Positions 19,001 through 27,679 of a stretch of DNA of 64,000 bases are shown piece by piece. The DNA is taken from contig CAJXND010000002.1 in assembly GCA_913056385.1 (NCBI GenBank), positions 47,108 through 111,107 of the forward strand. Direction: 5' to 3'. A model generated the notes under the pieces. It was not told the DNA's origin. It did not search any database and saw only the letters and a list, made by a program, of their open reading frames with translations. The DNA comes from an uncultured Ectothiorhodospiraceae bacterium. Its GTDB lineage: Bacteria > Pseudomonadota > Gammaproteobacteria > Nitrococcales > Nitrococcaceae. Every line of letters begins with the position of its first letter. The first letter of the stretch is position 1. Position numbers and translations under genes: made by a program.

Positions 19001-20038
19001 GTGATGCGAACGGCAGGAATAATCGGTCTGGCGCGAATCTGGGCATTGGCATGGTGGATGGGTATCCCCTCGCTTGCCATGGCCCTCAGCTATCCGCTGC
19101 CTCCACCCAACGAGGATGTGGTCGGGCATGTGCAGAGTGTGACCGCCGACCAGGAGGACACGCTACTGGCGCTCGGGCGTGAGTATGGCGTTGGTTACGA
19201 GGAAATGCGCCGTGCGAATCCGGATGTGGATGTCTGGTTGCCCGGTGAGGGCGCGGACGTTGTTATTCCGAGCCGGTTCATTCTTCCCGCGGCGCCCCGA
19301 GACGGCGTTGTCATCAACCTCGCGGAGATGCGGCTTTATTATTACCCGCCCGCCGATACAGCGGACAGCCGCCGCGTCGAGACCTATCCCATCAGTGTCG
19401 GGCGCATGGACTGGGGTACGCCGCTGGGCGAGACCCGGATAACCGAGAAGACCGAGGATCCCTACTGGTTTCCGCCAGAGTCCATTCTGACCGAACGCGC
19501 TGCCCAGGGCCGGCCACTGGCAAGCGCCGTCCCGCCGGGGCCGGATAATCCCCTCGGGCGACACAAAATGCGGCTGGATATCCCCGGAGGTGCTTATCTG
19601 ATCCATGGCACCAATGAGCCGCGGGGCATCGGCATGCGGGTGACCCACGGTTGCATCCGCATGTTCCCCGAAGATGTGGAGTCGCTGTTCGAGCGCCTCC
19701 CGGTCGGCACGAATGTCCGGATCGTCAATCAGCCGGTCAAGGCGGGCTGGATGGCTGGTGAGCTGCTGATCGAGGCGCACCCCGTGCTGCCGGCGGACGC
19801 GGAGAATGCCTATGACCCGCTGAAACCACCACCGATTCGGGATGCCGTGCGCGCGCTCGCCGGGATTCTGGATGAAGGACCGGCCCGCGTGGACCATGAC
19901 CGGCTTAGCCGCATGGTCAAGACCGCGAGCGGCATGCCAGGCGTTGTCTCGAGAAGTCTGGACGCCGGCCCGACGGATACCGGTTACTGGTCCTCGGTGG
20001 TCCGGCAAATAAAAAACCCCGCCGGGGCGGGGTTCTGA
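19001..20038 (+). CDS. L,D-transpeptidase, ErfK/YbiS/YcfS/YnhG family (LysM-like + YkuD)
   Basis: Signal peptide then YPLPP, ANPDVDVWLP, INLAEMRLYYY, PGPDNPLG, IHGTN...THGCIRM; ATG at 19004 is an alternative start. Confidence 0.93.
   Translation: MMRTAGIIGLARIWALAWWMGIPSLAMALSYPLPPPNEDVVGHVQSVTADQEDTLLALGREYGVGYEEMRRANPDVDVWLPGEGADVVIPSRFILPAAPRDGVVINLAEMRLYYYPPADTADSRRVETYPISVGRMDWGTPLGETRITEKTEDPYWFPPESILTERAAQGRPLASAVPPGPDNPLGRHKMRLDIPGGAYLIHGTNEPRGIGMRVTHGCIRMFPEDVESLFERLPVGTNVRIVNQPVKAGWMAGELLIEAHPVLPADAENAYDPLKPPPIRDAVRALAGILDEGPARVDHDRLSRMVKTASGMPGVVSRSLDAGPTDTGYWSSVVRQIKNPAGAGF
20007..20034 (-). terminator. Rho-independent terminator of the Lpp/OprI-like gene
   Basis: 8-bp stem AACCCCGC/GCGGGGTT with T-tract on minus strand (A-run 20007-20016), 26 nt past the lipoprotein stop. 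Confidence 0.8.
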
Positions 20039-20059
20039 TGGGATCAGCCGGGGCGGATC

Positions 20060-20329
20060 CTACTTGTACATCGACTCCTCGAACATGCGATCGATCTTTT
20101 CGCTGTTCTCGTCAGCCGTGTCCTGGGCGGCATTGGCGACGGTCTCGGCGCCTTCCGCAGTCACCATGGCGGTGCTCGCTTCGTCCATCGCGGCCTCGGC
20201 CAGCGCCCGGACATCATCAATCTGAGCCTGCAGGTCTTCCGTGGACGCCTGCGTGGCACACCCCACCAGCAGTCCCATCGAGGCGGTAGCAGCGCTCAGC
20301 TTGAGCAGCGTTTTGAGCGACTGGGTCAT
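20060..20329 (-). CDS. Lpp/OprI-family alanine-zipper lipoprotein
   Basis: Lipobox LVGC, Ala-rich heptads, ...ADENSEKIDRMFEESMYK with terminal Lys; AGGAG RBS before ATG 20329. Confidence 0.88.
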   Translation of the reverse strand: MTQSLKTLLKLSAATASMGLLVGCATQASTEDLQAQIDDVRALAEAAMDEASTAMVTAEGAETVANAAQDTADENSEKIDRMFEESMYK

Positions 20330-20362
20330 ATAAAACTCCTTCGTCTTGTCCTGACGTTTGAA

Positions 20363-20436
20363 TCCGACGGACATCAACGGCGCCAATTCGCCGTGATCGT
20401 CGGACGCATGATTGCTCGCCGGCGGATGACTTTCAA
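20363..20436 (-). promoter_or_regulatory. Putative promoter (TTGAAA-17-AATCAT) and 5' stem-loop of the lipoprotein mRNA
   Basis: -35 at 20431-20436, -10 at 20408-20413; 16-bp interrupted hairpin 20363-20404. Confidence 0.4.
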
Positions 20437-20449
20437 CCCCCCGGAAAGG

Positions 20450-21019
20450 CTATTCAATCACCACCGGCGTACCGATTGTGACAACGGAATGCAGCGTTTC
20501 GATCTGCTCATTGGTCAGCGCAATGCAGCCCTGGGTCCAGTGAAAGTCTCGGTGAATGGCGGGGTTGCCATTACCGATGCCGTGAAATCCGATATACCCA
20601 CCGAGCGTGCCATCCTGCGGGAACTCACCGCGTTCCAAGCCTCGCCGCAGGGCAGCACTGTATTCCGCCTCCGTCATCACGCCCCTCCGACGAGCTTCGT
20701 CGAGATGGGCCAAGGTCGGGTAATTAATACCGATGAAAATATGAAAGCGGCTTTCCCGATTGAATCGGGTAATCCTGAATTTACCCCTTGGTGTTGTTTG
20801 ATCACCCCTGAAATGAAGGTCCGATACGCCGCCCCGGCCGAAGGCGACGTCGTCGAGTTCCATAAGACGCTGCTTGCCACGCCAGACCTCGGTGACTTCG
20901 GCCTCGATATCGACGCGCACCCAGACCTCATCCTCATCGGGGGAAGCCGAGACGCCGCGGGGATTGAGCAGCGTCACGGCGCCGAGGATGGCGAACAGCG
21001 CCGCGATGAGCCGGTTCAC
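20450..21019 (-). CDS. YkuD-domain protein, YafK/DpaA-like L,D-transpeptidase/amidase
   Basis: Signal peptide; GDQTTPRG, NRESRFH, INYP, FHG...WTQGCIALTN; GTG start overlapping upstream stop. Confidence 0.82.
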   Translation of the reverse strand: MNRLIAALFAILGAVTLLNPRGVSASPDEDEVWVRVDIEAEVTEVWRGKQRLMELDDVAFGRGGVSDLHFRGDQTTPRGKFRITRFNRESRFHIFIGINYPTLAHLDEARRRGVMTEAEYSAALRRGLERGEFPQDGTLGGYIGFHGIGNGNPAIHRDFHWTQGCIALTNEQIETLHSVVTIGTPVVIE

Positions 21020-21252
21020 GGGAGATACCGATAGAGATCGGCCATGTCGAACGGCCAGTAGAGTGGCTCTGACCGCTGAGCACATTCGACCACGGGGATG
21101 GACTCGGCGTAGGCGACTTCGGCTTCCGCGTCGTCCATGATGTCGACACACTCCACGGACAGGCCGCGTCGCCGTGCGACGGGTTCGAGGCGTTGCCAGG
21201 CCTCATCGCACAGGTGGCAGCCTGATGTCGTGTAGAATCGGATGGATCCCAT
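21016..21252 (-). CDS. Glutaredoxin-like protein (DUF836)
   Basis: FYTTSGCHLCDEA, VDIMDD, IPVV, LYWPFD. Confidence 0.88.
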   Translation of the reverse strand: MGSIRFYTTSGCHLCDEAWQRLEPVARRRGLSVECVDIMDDAEAEVAYAESIPVVECAQRSEPLYWPFDMADLYRYLP

Positions 21253-21306
21253 GATCTGAACGTCCCGTCATCACTCAGCCAAAAGCATAACCCGACTGCA
21301 TCGCCC

Positions 21307-22332
21307 ATGAGTATCACTGCGGACCTGCGCCTCTGCGTTGCCCCCATGATGGACTGGACCGATCCGGCGTGCCGGTATCTGCTGCGCCTGATCAGCCGCC
21401 ATACGCGGTTATACACCGAAATGGTCCCTGTACAGGCCCTCTGGTATGGCCGCGCGGAGCGCTTTCTTGCGGGACACCCCGCCGAGGCGCCGGTGGCGCT
21501 GCAGCTGGGGGGCAGCGACCCGGAACAGCTTGCCCATGCAACGGCACTCGCCGAGCAATGGGGCTACGACGAGGTCAACCTCAATGTCGGCTGCCCGAGC
21601 AGCCGGGTTCAGTCCGGACGCTTTGGCGCCTGTCTCATGCGAGAGCCAGCGCTTGTTCGTGAACTGGTAGCCGGCATGCGTGAATCGACAACGCTGCCGG
21701 TCACGGTGAAGTCGCGTATCGGCGTCGACGACGATGACCGTTTCGACCAGCTCTGCGATTTCACTGAGCAGATCGTGGCCGGTGGGGTGGACGCAATGAT
21801 CGTGCATGCGCGAAAGGCATGGCTGCAGGGACTGTCACCGAAGGAAAACCGGGAGGTGCCGCCGCTGCGCTACGGGACGGTTGCAGCCCTCAAGATGGTG
21901 TTTCCCGATTTGCCGATCGTACTCAATGGCGGGATTCGCAGCCTGGATACCGCAGAGGAATGGCTGGGTCCGCTCGAGGGCGTCATGATCGGGCGCGAGG
22001 CGTATCACAACCCCTGGCTTCTTGCCGATGCCGATGCACGCATTTTTGGTGATCGTGAACGGCCGCAGCCGGATCGCACGACGGTGGCGCTTGCCTACCG
22101 GGACTACGTTGCCGCGCACTGGCATGCCGGCATTCCGGTAACGCGGTTCACGCGGCATCTGGCCGGACTTTTCCAGGGCCTGCCGGGCGCCCGGGTCTGG
22201 CGGCGGACGCTGAGCGAGGCGGCCGGCCGCAAGGGCGCCGGTCCCGAGGTGATCGATGCTGCACTGGCGGCGCGGGCACGCGCTGTCCCCGTCGGTGACC
22301 CGCCGGTCGACGCCGCCGTTTCTGCCGATTAG
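21307..22332 (+). CDS. dusA: tRNA dihydrouridine(20/20a) synthase DusA
   Basis: VAPMMDWTD, LQLGGSDP, NLNVGCPSSRVQSGRFGACLM, HARKAWLQGLSPKENREVPPL. Confidence 0.97.
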   Translation: MSITADLRLCVAPMMDWTDPACRYLLRLISRHTRLYTEMVPVQALWYGRAERFLAGHPAEAPVALQLGGSDPEQLAHATALAEQWGYDEVNLNVGCPSSRVQSGRFGACLMREPALVRELVAGMRESTTLPVTVKSRIGVDDDDRFDQLCDFTEQIVAGGVDAMIVHARKAWLQGLSPKENREVPPLRYGTVAALKMVFPDLPIVLNGGIRSLDTAEEWLGPLEGVMIGREAYHNPWLLADADARIFGDRERPQPDRTTVALAYRDYVAAHWHAGIPVTRFTRHLAGLFQGLPGARVWRRTLSEAAGRKGAGPEVIDAALAARARAVPVGDPPVDAAVSAD

Positions 22333-22339
22333 GCCGACG

Positions 22340-23140
22340 CTAGCGATCGAAGCCGAAAAATGCCCGGCTGTTGCTCGCCGTGATCATGCCGATCGAGTCG
22401 GGATCCTCCCCCCTGAGCTCCGCCACGGCCTCGAGAACATGGGGTAGAAAGGCGGGCTCATTGCGCCGGTTTGCGGGTTTGGCAGGCAGATCACGGGGTA
22501 GCAGGAAGGGCGCATCGGTCTCGATCATCAGCCGCTCGGCGGGAATGCCCGGAATGCATGCCCGCAATGCGCCGCCGCGCCGTTCATCGGTCACCCAGCC
22601 GGTGACGCCAATGTGCAGATCGAGCTCAAGGCAGGCCTCGAGCAGGGCCTGATCGCCCGTGAAGCAATGCAGCACCGCCGCCGTCAGATGTGGGCGATAC
22701 GCCTTGATCATGGCGAGGAAGTCGGTCTCGGCATCGCGCTGGTGAAGAAAGACCGGGCGTCCGGTGCGGGCGGCGAGCTCGAGCTGGCCCGCGAAGGCGT
22801 CCCGCTGGACGGCCCGGGGCGAGAAGTCACGGAAATAATCCAGCCCGGTCTCGCCGATGGCAGCGGCCGACGGCTCCTTGAGCAGGGCCTCGAGCGAGGG
22901 GGTGCTGTTCCCGGTCCATTCATCGGCGTGATGCGGGTGCAGGCCGACGGTGGCCCGCATCGCACCGGGGTGTTGCGCCGCCATTGCGACCGCCGCGCGG
23001 GATTCCTCGAGGCTGACGCCGGTCAGGATCATCGACGCGACGCCGGCGGCCGCGGCACGCTCGATGACGTCGGCGCGATCCTCGTCAAACCGCCGATGGG
23101 TGAGGTTGACACCGATATCGACAAGGCCGTTGTACTTCAT
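22340..23140 (-). CDS. tatD: TatD family metal-dependent nuclease
   Basis: DIGVNL, GLHPH, IGETGLDY, FLHQR, VLHCFTG, IETDAPFL; true start MKYNG (upstream extension is antisense to the ligase). Confidence 0.94.
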   Translation of the reverse strand: MKYNGLVDIGVNLTHRRFDEDRADVIERAAAAGVASMILTGVSLEESRAAVAMAAQHPGAMRATVGLHPHHADEWTGNSTPSLEALLKEPSAAAIGETGLDYFRDFSPRAVQRDAFAGQLELAARTGRPVFLHQRDAETDFLAMIKAYRPHLTAAVLHCFTGDQALLEACLELDLHIGVTGWVTDERRGGALRACIPGIPAERLMIETDAPFLLPRDLPAKPANRRNEPAFLPHVLEAVAELRGEDPDSIGMITASNSRAFFGFDR

Positions 23141-23170
23141 CCCGCCATTCTGCTGGAATTCCCGGTCACG

Positions 23171-24751
23171 ATGAATACCGAATACTGCGCTGACCAACGC
23201 CCGATGAACTGGGTGGGCGACTGGGCCGGACGGCGCCGGTGCCTGACCCCGGATCGCATCGCACTCGTCGACCCGGAACGCAATCTGCAGCTCACCTATC
23301 GGGAACTCGATGATCGGGCACGCCGCTGGGCGACCTGGATGGTCGACTCGCTGGGGCTCGGACAGGGCGACGTGATCGCGCTGCTGAGCCGTAATCGGCT
23401 GGAGGCCATCGAGATCTTCATGGCGGCGGGCAAGGTGGGCATCGTCGTTGCGCCGGTCAGTCACCGCCTCAGCCCGGCGGAGGCCGCGGACATCCTGTCC
23501 CGACTCCAGCCCGAATGGCTGCTGGTGGATACGGCGCTCGGCGACTACGTCGAGGGGTTGCAGGGGGCGGTCGCCACCCTGCGCAGTCTGGCGTTCGGCG
23601 CTCCGGACAGCGCGGTGGAACAGGCGCTGGAGCGAGTCACGCCGCGGCCCGTGAATCATCCCCTGACGCTGGCGGATCCCTGCCTGCTGGTCCACACGGG
23701 TGGCAGCACCGGGCTGCCCAAGATCTGCCGGATCAGCCACCGGCAGATGGTCTGGAATGCCGTGGAGTTGCTCGTTGCGGCGCCGGAGGGCCTCGCGAGC
23801 CGTCGTGAACTGGTGCTCTTCCCGCTCTTCCATGTCGGGGGCTGGAACACGGTCCTGCCTATTCTGTATGCCGGTGGCTGTGCCGTGGTACCGCCGGCAT
23901 TCGATCCGGCGGCGGTGCTGCGCGCCATTGATACCCATCGCATCAATCACCTCGGCGCCGTCGAAGCCATGCTACAGGCGATCGCCGCGGATCCGGCGTT
24001 CGGGGGCGCGTCCCTGGCATCCCTTGAGGCCATCACCACCGCGGGAGCGCCCTGCGCCGAGACCAGCATGGCACCGTTCCTGGCACGCGGGATCACCGTC
24101 CGCCAGTCGTATGGACTCACCGAGGCGGGTCCCTCGAATTTCATCAATGCCCGGGCCACGGCCGACCCGGCGAGCGCGGTGACCGAGCGGGCAAGCGTCG
24201 GGACCAGTTTCTTTCACTGCGACTATCGCATCGTCGATCCCGCCGACGGCAGCGCGGTGCCGACGGGGGAATCCGGCGAGCTCCAGCTGCGCAGCCCGCA
24301 CGACTTCGATGGCTACCTCGATGACCCTGAACGAACCCGGTCCCGCTGGACCGATGATGGCTGGATCCGCAGCGGCGATCTGGCCCGTGAGGATGCCGAG
24401 GGACGTGTATTCATCGTCGGGCGTATCGACAATGTCATCGTCAGCGGCGGGGAGAACATCGCGGCCGAGGAGGTCGAGCGGCTTCTCGGGGAACATCCGG
24501 CCATCAAGGGTGTGATGGTGTTCGGGGTGCCCGACGAGCGCTGGGGTGAACGGCCCGTTGCCTGGTTGACCGGGCCGGCGCATGATGCACTGCCGGGGAT
24601 CCGTGATTGGCTCGACGACCGGCTCGCCCGCTTCAAGCATCCGGCGACACTGCAGGTCGTCGAGGCACTGCCGGTCACCGGTGCCGGCAAACCGGACCGA
24701 CGGCGGGCACGCGAAGCGTACATCCAGGCAACACAGGGAGAGGGTCCATGA
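23171..24751 (+). CDS. AMP-binding enzyme (acyl-CoA synthetase/ligase), substrate unknown
   Basis: HTGGSTGLPK, YGLTEAG, SGDLA, GGENI, LPVTGAGK. Confidence 0.9.
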   Translation: MNTEYCADQRPMNWVGDWAGRRRCLTPDRIALVDPERNLQLTYRELDDRARRWATWMVDSLGLGQGDVIALLSRNRLEAIEIFMAAGKVGIVVAPVSHRLSPAEAADILSRLQPEWLLVDTALGDYVEGLQGAVATLRSLAFGAPDSAVEQALERVTPRPVNHPLTLADPCLLVHTGGSTGLPKICRISHRQMVWNAVELLVAAPEGLASRRELVLFPLFHVGGWNTVLPILYAGGCAVVPPAFDPAAVLRAIDTHRINHLGAVEAMLQAIAADPAFGGASLASLEAITTAGAPCAETSMAPFLARGITVRQSYGLTEAGPSNFINARATADPASAVTERASVGTSFFHCDYRIVDPADGSAVPTGESGELQLRSPHDFDGYLDDPERTRSRWTDDGWIRSGDLAREDAEGRVFIVGRIDNVIVSGGENIAAEEVERLLGEHPAIKGVMVFGVPDERWGERPVAWLTGPAHDALPGIRDWLDDRLARFKHPATLQVVEALPVTGAGKPDRRRAREAYIQATQGEGP

Positions 24752-25569
24752 GACCGGCGCGCATTCTCATCATCGCCGGATCGGACGCCGGCGGGGGCGC
24801 GGGTATCCAGGCCGATATCAAGACAGTCACCGCGCTCGGCGGCTATGCGATGACCGCCATCACGGCGCTGACCGCGCAGAACACCGTCGGCGTCCAGGGG
24901 GTTCGGGGCGTTGAACCGGCGTTCATCCGCGAGCAAATGCGCTCGGTGCTGGACGACCTTGGCGCCGACTGCATCAAGACCGGCATGCTCCATGACGCCG
25001 CGGTGATCGATGCCGTGGTCGGCGAACTCGATGCTCATGCGACCGGCGCGCCGCTGGTTGTCGACCCGGTGATGGTTGCGCAGAGTGGTGATCGCCTTGT
25101 CGCGGAGGAGGCGATGACCCATCTGCGTGACGTCCTCATCCCACATGCCCGGCTTATCACCCCCAATATTCCCGAGGCGGAGGCACTGCTGGGCCGGCCC
25201 CTTGAGGGGGCGGAAGCCATGCCCGCCGCGGCCGAGGCCCTGCTGGAGCTCGGCTGCGGGGCAGTGCTGCTGAAAGGCGGCCATCTCGCGGGGGAGATGC
25301 TGGAAGATGTCCTCGCCACCCGCCGGGGGGTCACCCACCTTCGTCACGCCCGAATCTCTACCACGAGCGATCACGGCACGGGCTGCACCCTGGCTTCTGC
25401 GATTGCCGAGGGAATCGGGCGGGGGCTCGACCTGGAGGCAGCGGTCCAGCGAGGGCGGGACTATCTGCAACAGGCCCTTGAGACAGCGGTTGCGCTCGGG
25501 CATGGCCACGGCCCCGTGAATCACGGTCATACCGTCATGCCGTTCGGACTGACGCCGAGTACCCGATGA
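24748..25569 (+). CDS. thiD: Hydroxymethylpyrimidine/phosphomethylpyrimidine kinase
   Basis: IAGSDAGGGAGIQAD, TAQNT, KTGML, DPVMVA, TPNIPEA, KGGH, HGTGCTLASA. Confidence 0.96.
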   Translation: MRPARILIIAGSDAGGGAGIQADIKTVTALGGYAMTAITALTAQNTVGVQGVRGVEPAFIREQMRSVLDDLGADCIKTGMLHDAAVIDAVVGELDAHATGAPLVVDPVMVAQSGDRLVAEEAMTHLRDVLIPHARLITPNIPEAEALLGRPLEGAEAMPAAAEALLELGCGAVLLKGGHLAGEMLEDVLATRRGVTHLRHARISTTSDHGTGCTLASAIAEGIGRGLDLEAAVQRGRDYLQQALETAVALGHGHGPVNHGHTVMPFGLTPSTR

Positions 25570-25585
25570 TTGGCATAATGAACCC

Positions 25586-26065
25586 ATGATCAGACTGTCC
25601 GCGAAAAGCCGGTATGCGGTAAGCGCACTGATGCACCTTGCCATCCACAACGATGCCGGCGCCGTGCCGCTGTCGGAGGTATCCGTCTGTCAGGGCATAT
25701 CGATGTCCTATATCGACCAGATCTTCTGGAAACTCCGGCGCGCCGGACTCGTCCGGGGGACGCCGGGGCCGGGCGGGGGTTATCGACTGGGCCGGCCCGC
25801 GGAGACAATCTCCATTGGCGAGATCATCACGCTGATGGATGGACAGGGCGGACCGCGACGCGCGAATTCGTCGCTTGACGAGAAACTCTGGTCGGGACTG
25901 GCGGAGCAGATCGAGACGTTTCTGCGCGGAATCACCCTGGCGGATTTTGCCACCCGCCCGGAAATCCGGGAGGCCATGCAGCGTCAGTACGGGCGGAGCC
26001 CGTGGCGCTGTGATGTCTGCGGTGCGCTGTCGAATCGACGCCAGCTGCCGTCGGGAGCGGGCTGA
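25586..26065 (+). CDS. Rrf2-family regulator, IscR paralogue lacking the Fe-S ligand segment
   Basis: RLSAKSRYAV, QGISMSYIDQIF, GPGGGY, LWSGL...FLRGITL; no C-x5-C-x5-C-x2-H; C-terminal CDVC. Confidence 0.88.
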   Translation: MIRLSAKSRYAVSALMHLAIHNDAGAVPLSEVSVCQGISMSYIDQIFWKLRRAGLVRGTPGPGGGYRLGRPAETISIGEIITLMDGQGGPRRANSSLDEKLWSGLAEQIETFLRGITLADFATRPEIREAMQRQYGRSPWRCDVCGALSNRRQLPSGAG

Positions 26066-26067
26066 TC

Positions 26068-26391
26068 ATGACCTACGTGGTGACGGAGTCCTGCATCCGC
26101 TGCCGATATACCGATTGTGTGGAGGTCTGCCCGGTAGATTGCTTTCACGGCGGACCGAACTTCCTGGTCATCGACCCGGTGGAATGCATCGACTGCGCTG
26201 TCTGCGTGCCGGAATGCCCGGTCGACGCCATCTACCCGGATGATGAGGTCCCGGCGGACCAGCAGGACTACATCGCCCTCAATGAACGCCTGTCGCGTCA
26301 GTGGCCGGTCATCGATCGTCGCGAGGACCCGCCGCCCGATGCCGCGGAATGGGAGACCGTCAGCGACAAGCGCTCATGGCTGGAGGAATAG
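26068..26391 (+). CDS. fdxA: 7Fe ferredoxin ([3Fe-4S]/[4Fe-4S], FdxA/FdI type)
   Basis: MTYVVTESCIRCRYTDCVEVCPVDCF, CIDCAVCVPECPVDAI. Confidence 0.95.
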   Translation: MTYVVTESCIRCRYTDCVEVCPVDCFHGGPNFLVIDPVECIDCAVCVPECPVDAIYPDDEVPADQQDYIALNERLSRQWPVIDRREDPPPDAAEWETVSDKRSWLEE

Positions 26392-26409
26392 CCTCCGCAA
26401 ACCGTCCGT

Positions 26410-27651
26410 TCAGGCGTGGGATGTTCCCCGGCCGTAACGGCGCTCGACGTAGCGCTCAACGATCTCCTTGAAGTCGTCGGCGATGGTCTCGCCCTTCAGG
26501 GTGACCGTCTTTTCGCCATCCTCGTAGACCGGTGCCACGGGTTTCTCGCCGGTGCCGGGCAGGCTGATGCCGATATCCGCCTGGCGGCTTTCACCCGGAC
26601 CATTGACGACGCATCCCATTACCGCAAGGCTCATCGACTCCACGCCCGGATATTGCTCCCGCCACTCGGGCATACGTTCCCGCACATGGGTCTGGATCTC
26701 GTCGGCCAACTCCTGGAAGAAGGTGCTCGTGGTCCGGCCGCAGCCCGGGCAGGCGGCCACCAGCGGCGTGAAATGGCGCAGCCCCATGGTCTGGAGGATC
26801 TCCTGCGCTACAACCACTTCCTGGGTCCGGTCGCCGCCGGGCTCCGGCGTCAGCGATATCCGGATGGTGTCGCCAATGCCCTGCTGGAGCAGTACTGACA
26901 GGGCCGCCGTGGAGGCGACGATGCCCTTCGAACCCATGCCGGCCTCGGTGAGGCCCAGGTGCAGCGGATACTCGCAGCGCATGGCGAGATCCCGGTAGAC
27001 GCTGATGAGGTCCTGCACCCGACTCATCTTGCAGGAGATGATGATTCGGTCGTGGGGCAGGCCGAGTGCCTCCGCACGCTCGGCGCTCTCCAGCGACGAG
27101 ACCACCACGGCCTCGCGCATCACCGCTTCGGGCGGCTGCGGATCGGCCCGGCGGGCGTTGTCGTCCATGAGCCTCGAGAGGAGATCCTGATCGAGACTTC
27201 CCCAGTTGACGCCGATGCGCACCGGCCGGTCGAAGTCGCGCGCAATCTCGATGATTTCGGCGAACTGCGGATCACGGCGGCTGCCCTTGCCGACATTGCC
27301 GGGGTTGATGCGTAGTTTTGCCAGTGCCGCGCCACACTCGGGCACCGCCTTCAGCAAGCGATGGCCATTAAAGTGGAAATCGCCCACGAGTGGAACGTCG
27401 ACGCCCATGTCATCGAGGCGGCGGCGAATGGCGGGGACGGCGCGCGCGGCCTCCTCGTTATTGACGGTAATCCGCACCAGCTCCGATCCCGCGCGGGCGA
27501 GATCGGCCACCTGGATGGCAGTCCGGATCTCGTCGACGGTATCCGTGTTGGTCATGGCCTGAACAACCACGGGTGCATCGCCGCCCACCGTGACGTGGCC
27601 GACCTTCACCGGCACACTATGGCGTCTCTCGTAACCGGGAATCTCATTCAT
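26410..27651 (-). CDS. ispG: (E)-4-hydroxy-3-methylbut-2-enyl-diphosphate synthase
   Basis: [49 protein letters not shown]. Confidence 0.96.
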   Translation of the reverse strand: MNEIPGYERRHSVPVKVGHVTVGGDAPVVVQAMTNTDTVDEIRTAIQVADLARAGSELVRITVNNEEAARAVPAIRRRLDDMGVDVPLVGDFHFNGHRLLKAVPECGAALAKLRINPGNVGKGSRRDPQFAEIIEIARDFDRPVRIGVNWGSLDQDLLSRLMDDNARRADPQPPEAVMREAVVVSSLESAERAEALGLPHDRIIISCKMSRVQDLISVYRDLAMRCEYPLHLGLTEAGMGSKGIVASTAALSVLLQQGIGDTIRISLTPEPGGDRTQEVVVAQEILQTMGLRHFTPLVAACPGCGRTTSTFFQELADEIQTHVRERMPEWREQYPGVESMSLAVMGCVVNGPGESRQADIGISLPGTGEKPVAPVYEDGEKTVTLKGETIADDFKEIVERYVERRYGRGTSHA

Positions 27652-27679
27652 AGTCGCAATCATAAAGGATGCAAGCCGC

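Noticed and set aside
21307-22332. dusA-integrated genomic island
   Set aside because: dusA is intact, flanked by ordinary genes, with no integrase or duplicated dusA fragment
22613-23950. Apparent TatD and acyl-CoA ligase N-terminal extensions giving 536-aa and 712-aa proteins
   Set aside because: Each extension is the antisense of the other gene; true starts at 23140 (-) and 23171 (+) give normal sizes and a 30-bp divergent gap
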